Shown in pieces: positions 1-6,915 of a stretch of 24,000 nt of DNA. The number at the start of each line of letters is the position of its first letter. Within the stretch, counting starts at the first letter, position 1. Source of the DNA: an uncultured Erysipelotrichaceae bacterium (GTDB taxonomy: Bacteria > Bacillota_I > Bacilli_A > Erysipelotrichales > Erysipelotrichaceae); contig CAYJIZ010000004.1 in NCBI GenBank assembly GCA_964370395.1, positions 107,465-131,464 on the forward strand. The letters run 5' to 3'. The notes below the pieces were generated by a model. It was not told where the DNA came from and did not search any database. It saw only the letters and a program-made list of their open reading frames with translations. Both the position numbers and the translations under genes were made by a program.

Positions 1-2272
1 ACTGGAGGCAAAGCTTCACGCTATTTTATTTGAAGAAGAACTCTTTGTCGCATTTAGTAATCACAATGCGAAATACAATAACTTGCTTGTTGATTTAGTC
101 CTTTTCTTTATCGCTTACTACACCAAACAAAAACGCACGCGTAAAGTAATCGATTTTAGTGATATGGAACATTTTGCTTTAACCATTTTACAAGCAAACA
201 ACAACGATGTAGCAAAACGTTACCAACAACAGTTTTATGAAATCATGGTAGATGAGTTTCAAGATAGTAACGATGTACAGGATACTCTTGTTTCTCTTAT
301 CTGCAAACACAATAATGTATTTCGTGTCGGGGATATCAAACAATCCATTTATGGCTTTCGTCATGCTACACCAGACATCATGCGTGATAAAATCATTCAC
401 CAAAAAGAACTCGATGAAGTCATTTATTTAAGCAATAACTACCGTTCAAAGAAAAGCATTGTTGATTTTAATAATACGTTGTTTGAACGTTTGATGAATG
501 TCCCTGGTTTTGCCTCTTCGTTTAGTGAAAACGATTGTACACAAACAGGATTAGACAGCCAAGCAATCGATAATGTACCAGCTGAGATTCATTTGATTCA
601 AGATAAAAAAATCAATGCGGATCGATTTGAAAAACTGAGCAAAGACGAATTAAAAGCGAGCTATATCGCCAATCAAATATTGCAGATGCGAAAAGACAAA
701 AACTACAATTACAAAGATTTTGCGATATTAGTAAAAACAAACGCCAAGAGCGAATGCTTACGGGATGCTTTTGAAGAAGCTAACATTCCCTATTTCATTA
801 ATATGAAACACGGATTTTATGAGAGCTCAGCAATTCGTAATGTATTGTCTTTCTTGCGTGCTCTTGAAAACCCACACGATGACATCGCTTTTTGCGCCTT
901 GTTGTTGTCCCCTTTCTTTCAACTGAAAGACGAGGACTTAGCACAAGCAAAACAACACATGGAAAGAAACGATAGTTTTTATTCATACTTCAAAGAGAAG
1001 CAAAATTTAAGTCATTTTAAACAACTTGTTTATGCATTAAAAGAAAAGAAATTAAGTGAAATCGTAACGCAGATTTATCATTTTAACCATTACTATGAAA
1101 CGTATACAACCAAACAAGAGAAAACGAATTTGGATAAACTATATGAGATGATTACCAGTAGAGAAAGCAAAGAAGCCTTATCTTTGTCTTCATTCTTAAC
1201 TTCTTTGGATGAATCCAGTAATACACAAATTGGAGAAGCCATACCCATCAGTAATAACGATGATGTCGTACGCGTGATGAGTATTCACCAATCCAAAGGA
1301 CTACAGTTTCCAGTTGTTTTCTTATATTCCATCGATTCCCTTAACTTATTTGATACCGTTGGGTTAATCGGTTTTGATGACACATTAAAAATTGCACTGA
1401 ATTACATGAGCAAACAACATCGTTTGGTATATCCGACAATCGAACGTATCGCATTGAATCATAAAGCAACCAAAAGTGCTTTGGAAGAAGAAATGCGCGT
1501 ACTTTATGTAGCAACCACACGTGCCCAACAAGAAATGATTATCGTTGATTGCAAAGAAGATAGCCAATGTCGTCCTTTAAGTAAAGTTGAAATATACAAG
1601 AAAAATAGTTTCACGTCATGGATTTTACAAGCTTACCAAACTTCGATCAAAGAATTACTTTTGATTAAGCCAGTGACGCAACTTTGGGATAACGAAATTC
1701 AAGATCACAAAGACAGTACACAACAAATGATCCCTCATTATTCCCTTACAATTGAACATAAGGAAAGCATAGCTCCTAGTGATAGTGAAGTATTCTCCTT
1801 CACTCCTTCTGCTTTTTATCTAGATGAAGATGAAGCGATGTTACGAGGTACAAACTTACATAAGATGGTAGAAACCTTACCTCATACAAATTGGGATATT
1901 TCATTAATTAATGAAGTTGCCCACCTTCACAACATCACCCTAGAAAAACACGATATCCAAGTGTTACTTGCGCTACAAAATAATGCTATCTTTGCGAATG
2001 CGCAACAAGCAAGCGTTTATCATGAGTTTCCATTCATCGTCAATGATGCAGATTGTATCATTCACGGGTTTATGGATTATGTTGCGATACAAGACAACAC
2101 GATCACTTTGATTGACTTTAAGTCTGATCGTAATGCGAGTGCCAGTCAAATTGTTTCTCGCTATCGTAAACAATTAGAAACATACCAAAAAGCATTGTTG
2201 ATATTGTATCCAAACAAAACCATTCATACATATATTTACAGTTTTGAGCTACAAGAAATGATCGCTATTTAA
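1..2272 (+). CDS. addA: ATP-dependent helicase/nuclease subunit A (AddA/RexA type: UvrD-family helicase plus RecB-type nuclease), 5' end outside window
   Basis: Frame 2 is open from nt 2 with no stop, so the gene starts upstream of the window. Helicase motifs are visible: VDEFQDSN (motif II), VMSIHQSKGLQFPVVF and LYVATTRAQQ (late UvrD motifs). The C-terminus carries a PD-(D/E)xK-like GFMDYV...LIDFKSD nuclease motif. Confidence 0.85.
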   Translation, partial: LEAKLHAILFEEELFVAFSNHNAKYNNLLVDLVLFFIAYYTKQKRTRKVIDFSDMEHFALTILQANNNDVAKRYQQQFYEIMVDEFQDSNDVQDTLVSLICKHNNVFRVGDIKQSIYGFRHATPDIMRDKIIHQKELDEVIYLSNNYRSKKSIVDFNNTLFERLMNVPGFASSFSENDCTQTGLDSQAIDNVPAEIHLIQDKKINADRFEKLSKDELKASYIANQILQMRKDKNYNYKDFAILVKTNAKSECLRDAFEEANIPYFINMKHGFYESSAIRNVLSFLRALENPHDDIAFCALLLSPFFQLKDEDLAQAKQHMERNDSFYSYFKEKQNLSHFKQLVYALKEKKLSEIVTQIYHFNHYYETYTTKQEKTNLDKLYEMITSRESKEALSLSSFLTSLDESSNTQIGEAIPISNNDDVVRVMSIHQSKGLQFPVVFLYSIDSLNLFDTVGLIGFDDTLKIALNYMSKQHRLVYPTIERIALNHKATKSALEEEMRVLYVATTRAQQEMIIVDCKEDSQCRPLSKVEIYKKNSFTSWILQAYQTSIKELLLIKPVTQLWDNEIQDHKDSTQQMIPHYSLTIEHKESIAPSDSEVFSFTPSAFYLDEDEAMLRGTNLHKMVETLPHTNWDISLINEVAHLHNITLEKHDIQVLLALQNNAIFANAQQASVYHEFPFIVNDADCIIHGFMDYVAIQDNTITLIDFKSDRNASASQIVSRYRKQLETYQKALLILYPNKTIHTYIYSFELQEMIAI

Positions 2273-2314
2273 ACGTATCAAAAATATGTGATTTTTTCAC
2301 TTTAGTGGAATATA

Positions 2315-2342
2315 TTGTAAAAAAAGAAATCGCTACTATAAT
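2315..2342 (+). promoter_or_regulatory. sigma-A type promoter TTGTAA-N16-TATAAT for the 136-aa ORF
   Basis: TTGTAA at 2315-2320 and TATAAT at 2337-2342 with a 16-nt spacer, about 40-50 nt upstream of the start codon. Confidence 0.5.
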
Positions 2343-2391
2343 TAAGTTATAGGATGAGCAAAATCATCATAAGAAATAAGTGGGGCGATTT

Positions 2392-2790
2392 ATGGTACGT
2401 ACAAATGATTACACAAAACAAAATACAACAATCAAACAAATACTTTCTAAGGACATGTTACCTTTGTTTAATTCTCTTGGTCTTAACCCTGAGGAAACAA
2501 ACAAAAAGAATCCTGATTTAACACGAGTAATCAGTGATTTATCGTATGTCACGTTTGATGTGAGTGACGATGATGTCGTACGTTGTTTACTTGAATATCT
2601 TACTAGTAAGGTCGCTATTTCACTGGACACCATTGCTACAATATCAAAAGTTAACCAAACAGATATTCAAAGATTTATGGATGGACATGAAATAAGCATT
2701 CATCAAAAATACCAACTTATTTGTCATGTGTATCGACTAACTAACATCATCAATACTGTTGTGAATGAACCAGGAATATTAAAAGACTAA
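2392..2790 (+). CDS. hypothetical small protein (132 aa from ATG 2392; 136 aa if GTG 2380 is used), possible HTH-like C-terminal segment
   Basis: Clean ORF with its own promoter and terminator. GGGG lies 6 nt upstream of ATG 2392, which favours that start over GTG 2380. I recognise no family by eye. The segment ISLDTIATISKVNQTDIQRFMDG resembles a helix-turn-helix. Confidence 0.55.
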   Translation: MVRTNDYTKQNTTIKQILSKDMLPLFNSLGLNPEETNKKNPDLTRVISDLSYVTFDVSDDDVVRCLLEYLTSKVAISLDTIATISKVNQTDIQRFMDGHEISIHQKYQLICHVYRLTNIINTVVNEPGILKD

Positions 2791-2820
2791 AAACATTCTA
2801 GGAATAGAATGTTTTTTGTT
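2791..2820 (+). terminator. rho-independent terminator of the 136-aa ORF
   Basis: Perfect 10-bp stem aaacattcta/tagaatgttt (2791-2800 / 2805-2814), loop ggaa, followed by a T-run. It starts immediately after the stop codon. Confidence 0.8.
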
Positions 2821-2884
2821 GATGAATCAATATAATTAAAAAATAATAGGATAACCTATTAAAATGCTTCATTCACCTTATATG

Positions 2885-2922
2885 CAAAAAGAAAAAGAGG
2901 ACCTGACCTCTTTTTCTTTTTG
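2885..2922. terminator. bidirectional intrinsic-terminator-like hairpin inside repeat copy 1
   Basis: caaaaagaaaaagagg / cctctttttctttttg form a perfect 16-bp stem with a 6-nt loop (acctga). The layout is A-tract, GC core, T-tract, so a U-rich 3' arm results on either strand. Confidence 0.6.
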
Positions 2923-2962
2923 GAATATTTTAAATAGATGTTAGAAGTGAACTTCTAACGAC
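2886..2962 (-). ncRNA. candidate ~75-80 nt small RNA, copy 1 (predicted from promoter, 5' hairpin and terminator)
   Basis: The predicted start is about 7 nt downstream of the minus-strand TATAAT. The 8-bp hairpin gttagaag/cttctaac begins a few nt from the 5' end, and the RNA ends at the hairpin/T-tract at 2885-2922. The ends are predicted, not measured. Confidence 0.35.
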
Positions 2963-2968
2963 ACTATT

Positions 2969-2997
2969 ATTATAAAAAAAATCAATCGCTTCTGCAA
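2969..2997 (-). promoter_or_regulatory. minus-strand sigma-A type promoter TTGCAG-N17-TATAAT (repeat copy 1)
   Basis: Read on the minus strand, TATAAT is at 2974-2969 and TTGCAG at 2997-2992, with a 17-nt spacer. The -35 box lies in the otherwise diverged flank outside the 149-bp core. Confidence 0.5.
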
Positions 2998-3149
2998 CTA
3001 TTATTTCAAAATAAAAAAAGACAAAAAATAGTCACGAGATTTTAAGAAAACCGCATATATAGTAGTAGGGGGAGTTTACTCTTCTTAGTGTAAGAGTATC
3101 TGTAGCTACTGTGAATGAAAGACAAAATACAGAAGAAAGGAGCGACAAT

Positions 3150-3224
3150 ATGTCAATAGTGTGTCTATATGGAATATTTTACTTCGATAATATTAATCTT
3201 AGTTTTAATCCTATTATTACTTGA
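3150..3224 (+). CDS. candidate 24-aa small protein MSIVCLYGIFYFDNINLSFNPIIT
   Basis: AAGGAG at 3137-3142 lies 7 nt upstream of ATG 3150, the best Shine-Dalgarno/start pair in the intergenic region. It is too short for the ORF track, and I recognise no homology. Confidence 0.4.
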   Translation: MSIVCLYGIFYFDNINLSFNPIIT

Positions 3225-3252
3225 GATGATTGCTATCATTTTTAAGAAATAA
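3169..3252 (+). CDS. candidate 27-aa hydrophobic peptide MEYFTSIILILVLILLLLEMIAIIFKK (single predicted TM helix, C-terminal KK)
   Basis: ORF in the +1 frame relative to 3150-3224. Its composition is typical of type I toxin-like membrane peptides, but it has no Shine-Dalgarno of its own (the nearest is 26 nt upstream). Its stop codon lies inside repeat copy 2. Confidence 0.3.
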   Translation: MEYFTSIILILVLILLLLEMIAIIFKK

Positions 3253-3290
3253 TAGGATAGCCTATTAAAATGCTTCATTCACCTTATATG

Positions 3291-3328
3291 CAAAAAGAAA
3301 AAGAGGGCCGATCCTCTTTTTCTTTTTG
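3291..3328. terminator. bidirectional intrinsic-terminator-like hairpin inside repeat copy 2
   Basis: Same 16-bp stem as copy 1 with a different loop (gccgat). It lies 39 nt downstream of the 27-aa ORF stop on the plus strand. Confidence 0.6.
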
Positions 3329-3368
3329 GAATATTTTAAATAGATGTTAGAAGCGAACTTCTAACGAC
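3292..3368 (-). ncRNA. candidate ~75-80 nt small RNA, copy 2, convergent with the mini-ORF transcript
   Basis: Same architecture as copy 1. It would share the 3291-3328 terminator with any plus-strand transcript carrying the mini-ORFs, giving 3' overlap. Confidence 0.35.
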
Positions 3369-3374
3369 ACTATT

Positions 3375-3403
3375 ATTATAAAAAAAATCAAATCAGTATG
3401 CAA
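3375..3403 (-). promoter_or_regulatory. minus-strand sigma-A type promoter TTGCAT-N17-TATAAT (repeat copy 2)
   Basis: Read on the minus strand, TATAAT is at 3380-3375 and TTGCAT at 3403-3398, with a 17-nt spacer. TTGCA is an island of identity with copy 1 inside diverged flanking sequence. Confidence 0.55.
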
Positions 3404-3456
3404 TGATTACTTTGTTTTTTTAGTACATTAATGAAAAAACAAGAATTTCTTTTTGC

Positions 3457-4197
3457 TTATACTTTTGCGATTGTTTCTAAGACTGCCTTTACTATTTCAC
3501 TATCCACAACTTCATACTTGTTAATATCGATATAAGAAAAATTAACTCCATAATTCGATGTAGTAGGGTCATGCAAATACCCTTTGCATGAAGAATGTAC
3601 TTGAACTACTTTCGTATTTTCGATAACATAATCTGCATTTTCTGCATTTATTCCACAGCCTGGCAAAATTTCAATACGATCACCAAATGTTTCTTGCGCT
3701 AATTTAATCTGTTTGATTCCATCTATTGCTTTTACCCCTGCACCACTTGTTAGTACACGTTGGCAACCACATTCAATTACATCTTCCATAGCCTTCATAT
3801 AATCGCTTGTAACATCGATAGCACGATGGAAAACCGCTTCTTTTCCATACGATTGAATAAGTGCAACCATTCTTTTTGTTGCCTCTTTGTCTATCGTTTT
3901 GTCTTCATTTAGAAAACCGAATGCCAAACCATCTGCTCCGTTTTCTAATAAAATTTTCGCATCATAAAATATGATATCCATGTCTTCTTTACGATAACAA
4001 AATCCACTTGCACGATCACGAACCATACAAATTACATTTAAATCAGTATCTTCTTTTACTTTTTTTAGTGTTGCCAAAGAAGGTGTTAACCCTCCCAAAT
4101 GCAATGCGCTATTAAGTTCGATACGTTTCGCTCCACCCTTTTGTGCTTGTAGTGCATCATAATACGATCCACAGCAAACTTCTAAAATCTTATTCAT
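3457..4197 (-). CDS. cutC: CutC-family protein (copper homeostasis protein CutC, TIM barrel)
   Basis: The N-terminus MNKILEVCCGSYYDALQAQKGGAKRIELNSALHLGGLTPS matches the CutC signature. AAGGGAG precedes the internal ATG at 4197, so the ORF-track start at 4221 is probably too long. This start overlaps the upstream stop by 8 nt. Confidence 0.85.
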   Translation of the reverse strand: MNKILEVCCGSYYDALQAQKGGAKRIELNSALHLGGLTPSLATLKKVKEDTDLNVICMVRDRASGFCYRKEDMDIIFYDAKILLENGADGLAFGFLNEDKTIDKEATKRMVALIQSYGKEAVFHRAIDVTSDYMKAMEDVIECGCQRVLTSGAGVKAIDGIKQIKLAQETFGDRIEILPGCGINAENADYVIENTKVVQVHSSCKGYLHDPTTSNYGVNFSYIDINKYEVVDSEIVKAVLETIAKV

Positions 4198-4711
4198 AAA
4201 TATTTCTCCCTTTAGTATCAATTGCTACTGTAACAGGAAAATCTTTGACTTCTAACTTTACAATTGCTTCTGCTCCTAAATCAGCAAACGCAACTGGTTG
4301 TGCATCCACAACACATTTACTTAGAAGTGCTCCTGCACCACCGATTGCAACTAAATACAACGCTTCATTTCTAGCGATGGCATCCACTACCGGTTGGCTT
4401 CGATAGCCTTTACCGATTGTTGCGCACACGCCTAAATCATACAACCTACTTGCATAAACGTCCATTCTCATGCTCGTAGTAGGACCTGCGCTTCCAAATT
4501 TCTTATTTGGTGGCGTTGGTGTTGGACCAACATAATAAATAGTTGCACCTTCTAACTCAATAGGTAAGGCTTCCTTATTATCTAACATTTCATTCAAACG
4601 TTTGTGTGCTGCATCTCTCGCCGTATAAATCGTTCCGCTTAAATAAAGTAAGTCTCCAACAGCAAGTGACTCTTTCACTTCTTTGCTCATTGGTAATGTT
4701 ATCTGTTTCAT
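4190..4711 (-). CDS. Fe-S hydro-lyase, tartrate/fumarate subfamily, beta subunit (class I fumarate hydratase C-terminal domain type)
   Basis: LSGTIYTARDAAHKRL and the overall ~175-aa length are typical of FumA/TtdB beta subunits. The likely start MKQITLP at 4711 forms an ATGA overlap with the alpha-subunit stop. Confidence 0.85.
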   Translation of the reverse strand: MKQITLPMSKEVKESLAVGDLLYLSGTIYTARDAAHKRLNEMLDNKEALPIELEGATIYYVGPTPTPPNKKFGSAGPTTSMRMDVYASRLYDLGVCATIGKGYRSQPVVDAIARNEALYLVAIGGAGALLSKCVVDAQPVAFADLGAEAIVKLEVKDFPVTVAIDTKGRNIYE

Positions 4712-5556
4712 ACAATCACCTTTTTCGCATGTCTTGTAACATGACATGAAATATTAACAGCGCAAGGAAGTCCTGCAATATGCGTTGGAAAATACTCTAC
4801 ATTTACTTTTAATACTGTGGTATCTCCTTTTAGTCCTTGTGGGCCTATGTTTAACGCATTGGCTTGTTCCAATAACTCTTTCTCTAATTGTGCATACATT
4901 GGATTGGCATTGCTTGTTGAGCAATCACGCAACGTTGCTTTTTTCGCTAACACAGCAGCGTAATCAAAAGTACCACCAATACCAACACCGACAACCATTG
5001 GTGGACAAGCATTTGGTCCAGCTTTTTTAATCGCATCAATCACAGCTTGTTTCACTCCGTCTACACCTTGTGCTGGTTTCAACATTGTGATTGTCGACAT
5101 ATTTTCACTACCAAATCCTTTGCATCCTACTTCCAATACAATTTCATCACCAGCGACAATCGTTGGATAAATAATGCATGGTGTATTGTCTTTTGTATTA
5201 ATTCTTTCAAACAGAGGATCACTTACAATACTCTTACGCAAGTATCCTTCTTCGTAACCCAAACGAACTCCTTCATTAATGGCATCATTTAAATCACCAC
5301 CAACAAGACATACTTGTTGACCAATCTTCACAAACACGATTACCATTCCTGTATCTTGGCAAATCGGAATTCGCTCTTCTTTGGCGATACGTGCATTTTC
5401 ACTTAGCAACTGTAACGTTTGTTTTCCAATCACACTCGTTTCTTTTGCTTCGCTCTCTTTTAATAATGCTTCAATATCTTGTGGGTATTCAAAATTTATT
5501 TCTTGTACCATTTCACGAATGGCTTCGCTCACTTTACTAACGTGTATTTCTTTCAT
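4708..5556 (-). CDS. Fe-S hydro-lyase, tartrate/fumarate subfamily, alpha subunit (class I fumarate hydratase N-terminal domain type)
   Basis: 282 aa with the ICQDTGMVIVF motif typical of class I fumarase / L-tartrate dehydratase alpha subunits. The sequence alone does not separate fumarase from tartrate dehydratase. Confidence 0.85.
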   Translation of the reverse strand: MKEIHVSKVSEAIREMVQEINFEYPQDIEALLKESEAKETSVIGKQTLQLLSENARIAKEERIPICQDTGMVIVFVKIGQQVCLVGGDLNDAINEGVRLGYEEGYLRKSIVSDPLFERINTKDNTPCIIYPTIVAGDEIVLEVGCKGFGSENMSTITMLKPAQGVDGVKQAVIDAIKKAGPNACPPMVVGVGIGGTFDYAAVLAKKATLRDCSTSNANPMYAQLEKELLEQANALNIGPQGLKGDTTVLKVNVEYFPTHIAGLPCAVNISCHVTRHAKKVIV

Positions 5557-6722
5557 TACTTCACACTTCTTTTGTATTCATCACTAACTGCTTTCGCTAC
5601 CACTTTTGCAACTTCTTTATTAAATGCATCAGGAATGATGTAGTCTTCATTCAATTCTTCTTCGCTTACGATACTCGCAATGGCTTTTGCCGCTGCAACT
5701 TTCATCTCTTCGCTAATAGCGTGCGCTCTTGCATCAAGGGCACCTCTAAAAATACCTGGGAATACAAGTACATTATTAATTTGATTTGGGAAATCACTTC
5801 TTCCTGTCGCTACAACACGTGCTCCCCCTTTTTTCGCATCTTCTGGTAAAATTTCTGGTTCTGGATTTGCCATCGCAAATACGATTGCATCTTTATTCAT
5901 ACTTTCTACCATTTCAACACTTACTGTTTTAGGACCACTTACTCCGATGAAAACATCTGCCCCTTTCATCGCATCTGCCAAACTACCACGTAATTCTTGC
6001 GTGTTTGTCACTTTTGCGATTTCTTGTTGAGCGCTGTTCATCCAGTCTTCGCCTTCACATAAAATTCCTTTGCGTGCCACTAAGACAACATTTTTCATAC
6101 CTAGACGTTGCAACAATTTACAAATACTAATTCCCGCACTTCCTGCTCCTAAAATCACAAAACGTGCTTCTTCCATTTTCTTACCAACAAGTTTAAGAGC
6201 ATTGATTAACCCTGCACTTGTTACAATTGCTGTACCATGTTGGTCATCATGAAATACTGGAATATCCAATTCTTCAATTAAACGACGTTCAATTTCAAAA
6301 CATCTAGGCGCTGCAATATCTTCTAAATTAATACCACCAAATGTTGGTGCTAAATATTTTACTGTTTTAATAATTTCTTCATCATCTTGCGTATCCAAAC
6401 AAATAGGAAAGGCATCAATATCCGCAAACTCTTTAAATAAGATCGCTTTTCCTTCCATTACTGGCATCGCTGCATGAGGGCCAATGTTTCCAAGTCCTAA
6501 AACCGCGCTTCCATCACTGACTACCGCAACCAAATTACCTTTTGCAGTATAGCGATACGCTTCTTCTGGATTGGCATTAATTTCACGACAAGGCTGTGCT
6601 ACCCCTGGCGTATACGCTAAACTAAGATCATCCAATGTTTCTACTTTCACTTTCGAAACCACTCCTAGTTTACCTTTGTTTTCTTCATGTAACTTTAACG
6701 ACTTTTCATACACTGTACTCAT
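5556..6722 (-). CDS. NAD(P)-dependent malic enzyme (short, oxaloacetate-decarboxylating malate dehydrogenase type)
   Basis: LAYTPGVA, VVSDGSAVLGLGNIG, FGGINLEDI and GAGSAG (Rossmann) motifs. GGGAGGA precedes ATG 6722 (MSTVYEK), so the track start at 6749 is probably too long. The stop overlaps the next start by 1 nt. Confidence 0.9.
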   Translation of the reverse strand: MSTVYEKSLKLHEENKGKLGVVSKVKVETLDDLSLAYTPGVAQPCREINANPEEAYRYTAKGNLVAVVSDGSAVLGLGNIGPHAAMPVMEGKAILFKEFADIDAFPICLDTQDDEEIIKTVKYLAPTFGGINLEDIAAPRCFEIERRLIEELDIPVFHDDQHGTAIVTSAGLINALKLVGKKMEEARFVILGAGSAGISICKLLQRLGMKNVVLVARKGILCEGEDWMNSAQQEIAKVTNTQELRGSLADAMKGADVFIGVSGPKTVSVEMVESMNKDAIVFAMANPEPEILPEDAKKGGARVVATGRSDFPNQINNVLVFPGIFRGALDARAHAISEEMKVAAAKAIASIVSEEELNEDYIIPDAFNKEVAKVVAKAVSDEYKRSVK

Positions 6723-6751
6723 ACATATCCTCCCACAAAATTTACTCAATC

Positions 6752-6779
6752 ATTATACCACACTATCGAAATTTCTTAA
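6752..6779 (-). promoter_or_regulatory. extended -10 promoter (TGgTATAAT) of the malic enzyme operon
   Basis: The minus strand reads TTAAGA-N16-(TGg)TATAAT, with the -10 at 6757-6752 and the TG at 6760-6759, about 30 nt upstream of ATG 6722. Confidence 0.55.
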
Positions 6780-6915
6780 GTAGAAAAAGGATAAAAAGTC
6801 CACCATATATTGGAAAAGAAAACGCGATACTTCTTAGCAACAAATAATTGCGTCCCCTTATCTAGACAAAAAAATCACTTTCCTGTATTGTAAAGAAAAG
6901 AGAAGGGGTTATCGT

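Larger units (their letters stand above)
2836..2984. repeat. 149-bp direct repeat, copy 1
   Basis: Aligns without gaps to 3242-3390 (offset 406) with 7 mismatches, at 2840, 2854, 2901, 2904, 2905, 2906 and 2948. It contains three hairpins: 2844-2861, 2885-2922 and 2940-2959. Confidence 0.95.
3242..3390. repeat. 149-bp direct repeat, copy 2
   Basis: Second copy of 2836-2984 with the same three hairpins, at 3250-3267, 3291-3328 and 3346-3365. Weak similarity continues for about 22 nt beyond the repeat (2985-3007 vs 3391-3413). Confidence 0.95.

Noticed and set aside
2864-2944. 26-aa ORF (MLHSPYMQKEKEDLTSFSFWNILNRC) inside repeat copy 1, with a counterpart at 3270-3350 in copy 2
   Set aside because: It has no Shine-Dalgarno sequence. 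The reading frame runs straight through the 16-bp terminator-like hairpin. The copy-to-copy differences change three consecutive residues (DLT vs GRS), which fits loop variation in an RNA structure better than a conserved peptide.
3077-3136. Leader hairpin tactctt/aagagta (3077-3098) and possible tcttct (3080-3085) pairing with agaaga (3131-3136) next to the SD, as a translational sequestration structure
   Set aside because: The stems are short (6-7 bp) and AT-rich, and without a mapped 5' end the fold cannot be judged. I note it as context for the mini-ORF finding but do not call it a feature.
3151-3156. Perfect TTGACA -35 hexamer on the minus strand inside the mini-ORF start, a possible antisense promoter
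   Set aside because: No acceptable -10 lies 16-19 nt downstream. The nearest TATTTT is 21 nt away, so it is probably a chance match in AT-rich sequence.
2836-3390. Direct repeats as att sites or target-site duplications of an integrated mobile element
   Set aside because: Only 257 bp lie between the repeats. There is no integrase, transposase or terminal inverted repeat, and the repeats are far longer than typical target-site duplications.
4198-4221. N-terminal extensions in the ORF track: cutC 4221, hydro-lyase beta 4747, malic enzyme 6749, EIIB 14366 and ychF 21495
   Set aside because: In each case an internal ATG preceded by a good RBS gives the family-typical N-terminus, and the extension overlaps the upstream gene or lacks an RBS.
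4785-5587. Plus-strand ORFs of 68-81 aa (4785-5030, 5047-5292, 5381-5587). Similar antisense ORFs occur elsewhere, e.g. 12072-12547, 14661-15020, 18104-19333 and 19383-19859
   Set aside because: All lie entirely antisense to long, well-supported genes. They lack RBSs and have low-complexity or odd composition, so they are shadow ORFs.
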